This document shows positions 58,901 through 64,000 of a stretch of DNA of 64,000 nt, in pieces (positions within the stretch are counted from its first letter, which is position 1; every line of letters begins with the position of its first letter). Below the pieces are notes generated by a model. It had not been told where the DNA came from, did not search any database, and saw only the letters and a list, made by a program, of their open reading frames with translations. A program made the position numbers and the translations under genes. The DNA comes from Rhizobium sp. (GTDB lineage Bacteria; Pseudomonadota; Alphaproteobacteria; Rhizobiales; Rhizobiaceae), in the NCBI RefSeq assembly GCF_036383055.1, contig NZ_DASVPC010000195.1; one strand, given 5' to 3'.

Positions 58901-59357
58901 CCAGGTGCCGGCTCTGATCGCTGTCACCCAGCGCCCGCGCGATCTGACCCGCAAGGAGATTTCGGAGCTGGCCGGCCTGCTCGACGAGAAGAATTATTCC
59001 GAAGCTATGCTGCGCGCCGCCTACGGCCGCGCCCGCAATGCCGATATCGCCGCCCATATCATCGGCTTCGTCCGACAGGCGGCTCTTGGTGATCCGCTGA
59101 TCCCCTATGCCACCCGCGTCGACAATGCGATTCTGAAGATCGAGGCCTCGCGGCCGTGGACGCAAAAGCAGAAGGAGTGGCTGCGCCGCATAGGCCGGGC
59201 GCTGAAGGACAAGCCGGTAGCCGACCCGACCCTGCTCGATCAGGGCGCCTTTGCTGACAAGGGCGGCTTCAAGCGCATCTCGCAGGAGTTTGATGGCGCG
59301 CTCGACGAGGTCCTGCACGCCTTTAACGAGGCAATCTGGACGCCACCCGCCGCCTGA
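55950..59357 (+). CDS. hsdR: Type I restriction enzyme R subunit with N-terminal DUF4145-like domain and coiled coil
   Basis: N-terminal ...FHAVRKSGNEAAHNL (DUF4145-type R..GN.AAH). An Ala/Glu-rich coiled coil follows. Nuclease motif ADYALF...VIEAKRE, helicase motifs MATGTGKTRTA and IIVDEAHRG, and a long C-terminal helical domain. The apparent start is a TTG. Confidence 0.9.
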   Translation: MSANFGHLQEVSPELHRLGTLAERFFAEDANTSLIKSRQFGEYMVKEIAALSGVYDPAARETTNDLLRRLVTQQVLPREVADIFHAVRKSGNEAAHNLAGSPEEALAALKFCRALGVWYRRTYGRDPNFRPGPFVPPKASADIDQATRAELTALRAQVLEAQDKLAAAHASAEELAKARAAAEELARQAAADSQVWEQTAVEMEANQAALSRKLAELQKVAEAQPEQLRMEFKQAGIQAASRLELDERQTRRLIDVQLVDAGWEADSDRLTYQKGARPEEGRSVAIAEWPSEGGRADYALFVGLTCLGVIEAKRESVDVPSILQQAERYARTIVLAPEQTYPHGPWKHGLDDPFRVPFVFATNGRPYVRQWLTKSGIWYRDVRRETNHAIAMTSWFSPKDLLDKLATDVDTAAQGLAEESFGKGKMRPYQEEAIAALEDAVVAGQRDILISMATGTGKTRTAIALMYRLLKHKRFRRILFLVDRKALGRQTSDALETTEIEGMLNFAQIYKVAGLEQKLPEDEDQVQVATVQSLIARILNEPDPAKRPTPGTFDCIIVDEAHRGYTLDAELRESDIGFRNIDDYQSAYRQILDYFDAVKVALTATPALHTREIFGHPVFHYGYRQAVVEGYLNDHLPPKRITTALSEAGIHFVGGEEVEIIDRKTGQIDLFELPDEVSLDYDLADFNKRVYSEAFNRIVCRAIATEISPSKPGKTLIFAARDAHADDIVRLLIEELQEEYGKEVVPHGMVVKITGNVEKADDLILKFKNDPYPKYVVTVDLLTTGVDIPSICNLVFVRRVKSRILYDQMIGRATRLCPDIGKEHFRIFDAVDLYAELQEMTDMHPVIVKPDISLGQLVTDLRTAETEEDKSWVAGQVIVRMRAMVKRMDAESRESFERHTGESPDMALQRLSTHSGTELQNWLAAYPRAVELLERRPLRGDKNDGVVISTHEDELLRIEEIFGKNTTPEDYITSFERFVRENMNQVPALIAVTQRPRDLTRKEISELAGLLDEKNYSEAMLRAAYGRARNADIAAHIIGFVRQAALGDPLIPYATRVDNAILKIEASRPWTQKQKEWLRRIGRALKDKPVADPTLLDQGAFADKGGFKRISQEFDGALDEVLHAFNEAIWTPPAA

Positions 59358-59436
59358 CGTTTCAGGCTGTCGTTGACCATCGGCCACCGCTCGCTACAAC
59401 CGCAATCACGATCCCGGATCAGATGAGAATCATGCC

Positions 59437-60978
59437 ATGAATGCCAATGCCATCGTCCAGAAACTCTGGCGCCTCTGCACGGTCCTGCGCAAGGACGGCA
59501 TCACCTACCAGCAATATGTCACCGAGCTGACCTATCTGCTTTTCCTGAAGATGATGGCCGAGCGCAACCGCGAGACCGGCAGTCTGCCCATGCCCAAGGG
59601 CATGCGCTGGGCGGATCTGGTCGCAGCCAACGGCCTGGCCAAGCTGGAGCATTATCGCAAGGTCCTGGTCACCCTTGGCGCCGCCAGCACCCGTCTCGGC
59701 AAGGACGACGCACTTGTGCTTCCGCCCGGCGAAAACGCCAGCCCGGAAGACCGGAAGCGCTATGCCGATGCCCGTCCGCTGCCGGAGATGGTGCAAAAGA
59801 TCTTCGACAATGCCTCGACCTTCCTGCGCGAGCCGCAGAACCTCACGACGCTGGTCACCGCCATCGACGAGCTCGACTGGTTCTCCGAAGAGCGCGACCA
59901 GTTCGGCGATCTCTATGAAGGTCTGCTGCAGAAGAACGCGGAAGAAACCAAGCGCGGCGCCGGGCAATACTTCACTCCCCGCGTGCTCATCGAGCTTCTG
60001 GTCCGCCTCATGCAGCCGAAGCCCGGCGAAGTCATCCAGGATCCGGCGGCCGGCACGGGCGGCTTCCTGATCGCTGCCGATCGCTACATGAAGGCGCGCA
60101 CCGACGACTATCTGGATCTCGGCGAGAAGGAACAAGAGTTCCAGAAGCGCCGCGCCATCCACGGCATGGAGAACGTGCCCGGCACGCTCCGCCTGCTGCT
60201 GATGAACCTTTATCTGCACGATATCGACGGCGATCATGTCGATCTTGGCGATACGCTCTCCGACAAGGGCAAGACCCTCGGCCGCGCCAACCTCATCCTC
60301 ACCAATCCGCCCTTCGGCCCGGCAGGTGGCGCGCCGACCCGCGACGACCTCTCGTTCACGGCCAGCGTCTCCTCCTACCAGCTTCCCTTTGTCGAACATT
60401 GCATTCGCGCGCTGCAGGCCGGTGGCCGCGCGGCCATCGTTGTGCCAGACAATGTGTTGTTCGAAGACGGGCGCGGCAAGGACTTGCGGCGGATGATGAT
60501 GGACTGGTGCGACCTGCACACCATCCTGCGCCTGCCGACTGGCATCTTTTATGCGCAAGGCGTCAAGACCAATGTCATCTTCCTGACACGCGGCAAGACC
60601 GAGACCGGCAACACCAAAGCCACCTGGATCTACGATCTGCGCGCCCAGATGCCGAAATTCGGCAAGACCACACCGCTGACTCAAGAGCATTTCGAAGGCT
60701 TTGAAAAGGCTTTTGGCTGGGACCCCTTCGGTAAGGAGCGCGGGCCGGATGAAGGCGAGGCCGGCCGCTGGCGGGAGTTCATGCGCGAGGGCATCGCCGC
60801 CCGCGGCGACAATCTCGATATCGTCTGGTTGCGCGAGACAGAGGAAGAGGCGGAAGAAGGCCTCATTGAACCCGACGACATCGCGGCCGCCATTCTCGGC
60901 CACCTGCAGGCTGCGACGCTGGAGATCGAGGCGCTGATGGCGGATCTGGGTGACGAGCTGCCAGAGGCGGCGGAATGA
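59437..60978 (+). CDS. hsdM: Type I restriction-modification system methyltransferase subunit (N6-adenine)
   Basis: HsdM N-terminal helical domain, SAM motif DPAAGTGGFL and catalytic LTNPPFG. Confidence 0.95.
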   Translation: MNANAIVQKLWRLCTVLRKDGITYQQYVTELTYLLFLKMMAERNRETGSLPMPKGMRWADLVAANGLAKLEHYRKVLVTLGAASTRLGKDDALVLPPGENASPEDRKRYADARPLPEMVQKIFDNASTFLREPQNLTTLVTAIDELDWFSEERDQFGDLYEGLLQKNAEETKRGAGQYFTPRVLIELLVRLMQPKPGEVIQDPAAGTGGFLIAADRYMKARTDDYLDLGEKEQEFQKRRAIHGMENVPGTLRLLLMNLYLHDIDGDHVDLGDTLSDKGKTLGRANLILTNPPFGPAGGAPTRDDLSFTASVSSYQLPFVEHCIRALQAGGRAAIVVPDNVLFEDGRGKDLRRMMMDWCDLHTILRLPTGIFYAQGVKTNVIFLTRGKTETGNTKATWIYDLRAQMPKFGKTTPLTQEHFEGFEKAFGWDPFGKERGPDEGEAGRWREFMREGIAARGDNLDIVWLRETEEEAEEGLIEPDDIAAAILGHLQAATLEIEALMADLGDELPEAAE

Positions 60979-62351
60979 GTGAGTTGCCGAGAGGGTGGGG
61001 AGAAGACGAAGCCTGGAATATCTGCGAGTTGGTGCAGAGTGGCGGTACACCAAAAGAGGGCTTCATTGACAAACCCGGAGTGCCGTTTTTGAAGGTGTAC
61101 AACATCGTTGATCAGAAGATTGACTTTGAGTACCGGCCCCAGTTCATCGACGTTGACATTCATCGCTCCTCAATGGCGAAGTCGCAGGCATATCCTGGCG
61201 ATGTTTTGATGAACATCGTAGGACCGCCACTTGGCAAGGTAGCTGTAATTCCAGACTCCTTCCCAACGTGGAACGTCAATCAAGCGTTGACGATTTTTCG
61301 GCCGAGTGAAGCCGTGACCTCCGAGTGGCTTTACTATTTCCTTTGCGGTGGCAACAGCGTGAAGAGTGTGATCAATGAGACGCGCGGTTCTGCGGGCCAA
61401 GTCAACATTTCGTTGTCGCAGTGCCGAGCCTTCAAGCTTCCGCTCCCACCCCTGGCCGAGCAAAAGCGCATCGTGGCTAAGCTGGATGCGCTGAACGCGA
61501 AATCCGCCCGCGCCCGCACCGAACTCGCCCGCATCGAAACCCTCGTCTCCCGCTACAAGCAGGCTGTGCTCAGCAAGGCGTTCAGCGGGGATCTGACGCG
61601 GGAGTGGCGGAAAGTTGCATCGACAGTTTGGCCGTGGCGCTCGGAGTTTTGGGGTGATTGTGGCGAGACCTTAAACGGGCGCGCATTCCCGAGCGGCGAC
61701 TACTGCGAGTCCGGGGTGAGGCTCTTGAGGCCCGGTAACCTTGGTGCATCAGGCGATGTTTTCTGGAATGAGAAGAACTCGCGGTTTCTACCTGACAAGT
61801 ACGCGGTCGAATTCCCAAAGCACTTCATCAAGGGCGAGGAGATACTTATTAATCTCACTGCTCAGAGCCTTGAGGACCAATTTTTGGCACGAGCTTGTCT
61901 TTCATCTGCGTCGGACGAGTTCATGTTGAACCAGCGAATTGGCTTATTTCGCCCTCGAAACATGATCCCCAAGTTCTGCCTATTCGCTCTCAAGAGTCCC
62001 CGCTTCCGGGGTTTTGTGGACAACGGAATGAACTCAGGCAGCCTGATTCAGCACGTTCATACAAAGCAGCTTGAACAGTACGAATTTGAAGTTCCAGATA
62101 TTGAAGAACAACACGAAATCGTCCGCCGTATCGAATCCGCCTTCGCCAAAATTGACCGGTTGGCTAAAGAGGCAGAGCGCGCGCTGGAGCTGGTGGGCCG
62201 GCTGGACGAAGCGATCCTGGCCAAAGCCTTCCGCGGCGAACTGGTTCGCCAGGATGAAAATGTCGAACCCGCCGAACACCTGCTTGCCCGCATCCGCGCC
62301 GAGCGCGAGACAGCACCGAAAACGAAGCGCGGGCGAAGAGCCCGCGCCTGA
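60975..62351 (+). CDS. hsdS: Type I restriction-modification system specificity subunit
   Basis: Two target-recognition domains separated by conserved helices (LPPLAEQKRIVAKLDAL ; EEQHEIVRRIESAFAKIDRL). The ATG overlaps the hsdM stop (ATGA). Confidence 0.9.
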   Translation: MSELPRGWGEDEAWNICELVQSGGTPKEGFIDKPGVPFLKVYNIVDQKIDFEYRPQFIDVDIHRSSMAKSQAYPGDVLMNIVGPPLGKVAVIPDSFPTWNVNQALTIFRPSEAVTSEWLYYFLCGGNSVKSVINETRGSAGQVNISLSQCRAFKLPLPPLAEQKRIVAKLDALNAKSARARTELARIETLVSRYKQAVLSKAFSGDLTREWRKVASTVWPWRSEFWGDCGETLNGRAFPSGDYCESGVRLLRPGNLGASGDVFWNEKNSRFLPDKYAVEFPKHFIKGEEILINLTAQSLEDQFLARACLSSASDEFMLNQRIGLFRPRNMIPKFCLFALKSPRFRGFVDNGMNSGSLIQHVHTKQLEQYEFEVPDIEEQHEIVRRIESAFAKIDRLAKEAERALELVGRLDEAILAKAFRGELVRQDENVEPAEHLLARIRAERETAPKTKRGRRARA

Positions 62352-62672
62352 GTTTTGCGTAAAATTTTGGAAGCACTGAATAATTTGGAGATTTCGGAAT
62401 GCACGCTGCATCTCGCACCACCTATTGCCGTTGGGTGGTGAATGCCCTGACGGCAATCAGGACCAGCGACGCCGAAAACTGTCAACGACTGGATCCGGAA
62501 GTACGAGCCCGTCTCTGCTGGCGATCTCTCTGGCCTCACAAGTGACGGCGAAAACCTCTACGAGAAAGAAGTCCGTTTTGCCCGCTGGCAATTGCGGCAA
62601 GAAGGAACGGTCGTTAGCCCGAGACGTGGCGTGTGGGCATTGAAATAGACCATCCAATAGGGGCGGGAATCA

Positions 62673-63383
62673 ATGACTGAAACGACAAGGACCGGCATCG
62701 CCGTTATAGAGAGCAAGTGGAACGGCGAAGGCATAGTGATGCGAAAGAACGCATCGGTAAAGCCGATGTTCGATATGCTCTGCGACCTGCACTTCGGCAA
62801 CATGCATGAATATGTCTATGAAATGGTGGCGACGGCCCCAGCATTGAGCGACGCTATCAAACGCATGGCGTGGGACAAAGATATCTCGACGATCTACATC
62901 GCCTGTCACGGTAATGAAGAAGGCCTGCATCTCCATGGCTGGGATGAGGTTGTCGACCGGAAAAAGCTGAGCAAGATGCTTCTGGAGGGCGGCTCCAGGA
63001 GTTCTTTGAGCGGCGTCTACCTTGGAGCCTGTGAATTTGGAACGCGTAAACTTGCCGAACACCTCTTGGCCAATGACAAACGGCTGCGTTGGGTCGCCGG
63101 CTATCAACATTCTGCCGATTTCATTGATGGCACGGCCCTCGACGTCATGTTCTTCAACTCTTGGTTCACGCATCTAGACGGGGCCTCTGATACCCGCGCT
63201 CGTGAAATCGTGGAGTTAGTTGCAGATGACCTGAAAAACAAATGCAAGGGTCTAATCTCAACGCGGGAAGAGAACGGTTATGATGCCGACGACGAAGACG
63301 CGCCGGGCATGGGGCTTTCCATCTTTGTCCGTGCTCGCGGCCCGAAAGGCGGCATCGTCGATTTGCTACGCGACGAGGATTGA
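62673..63383 (+). CDS. Small caspase/CHAT-like (clan CD-type His-Cys dyad) hypothetical protein
   Basis: A hydrophobic strand followed by H-G (TIYIACHGNEEG, His codon 62907-62909). 41 residues later a second strand is followed by Cys (GVYLGACEFG, Cys codon 63030-63032). The C-terminal tail is acidic. Confidence 0.55.
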   Translation: MTETTRTGIAVIESKWNGEGIVMRKNASVKPMFDMLCDLHFGNMHEYVYEMVATAPALSDAIKRMAWDKDISTIYIACHGNEEGLHLHGWDEVVDRKKLSKMLLEGGSRSSLSGVYLGACEFGTRKLAEHLLANDKRLRWVAGYQHSADFIDGTALDVMFFNSWFTHLDGASDTRAREIVELVADDLKNKCKGLISTREENGYDADDEDAPGMGLSIFVRARGPKGGIVDLLRDED

Positions 63384-63462
63384 GCTTCTTCAAAGACTGA
63401 CGGATTTCGACATGCTTATCGGTTGACATGGTACGCCGGGGCGGTCGTTGGGGAGGGACTAA

Positions 63463-64000
63463 ATGTCGAAGATCTTTTTCACCTATGTCTGGGGGCCGCC
63501 CGGCGATCCTTGCTGGCCATTGACTTTCGCTTCCAAGGGGGCACGGACCTTGGCGAAGAGGGCACTCACTGAAGGTGACTATGTGTTTACGGTTGGCACG
63601 AAGGGGGAGCCGACCTTGCCCAACTATCAAGGCCGTGTTTCGGGCCTCTATCAAGTTTCTTCGCTGGACGTGAACACGATAGATTATATCGATCAGGTAG
63701 AGGTGAAAGCCATCACCGAGCGACTGGCAACCAAGTTTCCCTACGCGCTTCATCCAATTGCGGTCTGGGAGATTACTTCGCAGGGCAACGTGTTTTCGCG
63801 CCTCGTTGGCCCTCTGACGAGCGCCCATCATCTGCGTGCGCAATCGACTGTCGTCAAACTCGATCCGGAAACCTCGGCTCCGCTGATGGCGCTCGAGCGC
63901 CGTCCAGTCACGCTGGCCGAACCCAAGACCTTGCTCGGGCGCGGGCTGGTGGCCCAGAAGAACAGCAAGCTGGCACCCAAGCACGAAGGCGAATTCAGCG
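63463..64000 (+). CDS. Hypothetical protein, 3' end outside the window
   Basis: My own translation from the ATG at 63463 (GGGAGGGA upstream) is open to the window end: MSKIFFTYVWGPPGDPCWPLTFASKGARTLAKRALTEGDYVFTVGTKGEP.... It is absent from the track because no stop is reached. The overlapping minus-strand ORF is Arg-rich and looks spurious. Confidence 0.5.
   Translation, partial: MSKIFFTYVWGPPGDPCWPLTFASKGARTLAKRALTEGDYVFTVGTKGEPTLPNYQGRVSGLYQVSSLDVNTIDYIDQVEVKAITERLATKFPYALHPIAVWEITSQGNVFSRLVGPLTSAHHLRAQSTVVKLDPETSAPLMALERRPVTLAEPKTLLGRGLVAQKNSKLAPKHEGEFS

Noticed and set aside
56292-61163. Long minus-strand ORFs inside hsdR, hsdM and hsdS (56292-57854, 57855-58646, 58704-59387, 59419-61053, 60681-61163)
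   Set aside because: They are antisense to genes with complete type I R-M motif sets, and their composition is typical of shadow ORFs.
63166-63984. 272-aa minus-strand ORF at the window end
   Set aside because: It is Arg-rich and overlaps the 3' end of the caspase-like gene. The plus strand carries an open frame with a strong RBS at 63463, which I consider more likely.

Overview
High-GC alphaproteobacterial chromosome segment; gene content and order look Rhizobiaceae-like (Rhizobium/Agrobacterium type). No tools were run, so every family assignment comes from motifs read in the supplied translations.

Layout:
(1) 1-12.1 kb: cyclic beta-1,2-glucan locus. It holds the chvA/ndvA 3' end, a Rhizobiales-type porin, an OpgC-like acyltransferase and the 2.8k-aa glucan synthase chvB/ndvB.
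(2) 12.5-20.5 kb: XRE-cupin regulator, two possible small ORFs, a five-gene Opp/Dpp-type peptide ABC importer and an M19 dipeptidase.
(3) 20.7-24.3 kb: ribose-type sugar ABC importer.
(4) 24.7-29.5 kb: DUF1993, Cys-type sulfatase, galE, DUF1275/YoaK and cytochrome b561.
(5) 29.7-47.8 kb: LPS O-antigen cluster of the ABC-transporter (Wzm/Wzt) type. It carries rfbABCD (dTDP-rhamnose), a TviB/WbpO-type dehydrogenase, an initiating sugar transferase, a ligase-like protein, five glycosyltransferase genes and two methyltransferases with coiled-coil tails. Its centre is visibly more AT-rich than the flanks.
(6) 47.8-64 kb: AT-richer accessory region that reads as a defence island.

Defence island contents:
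- A DinG/Rad3-like SF2 helicase fused to a PD-(D/E)xK nuclease (Hna-like architecture).
- A tightly coupled six-gene operon built on an SMC/Rad50-like ABC ATPase (ABC-3C/Lamassu-like). Its front end is a glycine-zipper TM peptide plus adaptor, and its tail is DUF3223 plus a possible HEPN protein. This is the best candidate for an undescribed system.
- A complete type I R-M locus (hsdRMS).
- A minimal caspase/CHAT-like His-Cys protein followed by an unknown partial ORF.

I recognised no rRNA, tRNA, CRISPR array, transposase or integrase. Many long ORFs in the track are GC-driven shadow ORFs antisense to real genes and were rejected.
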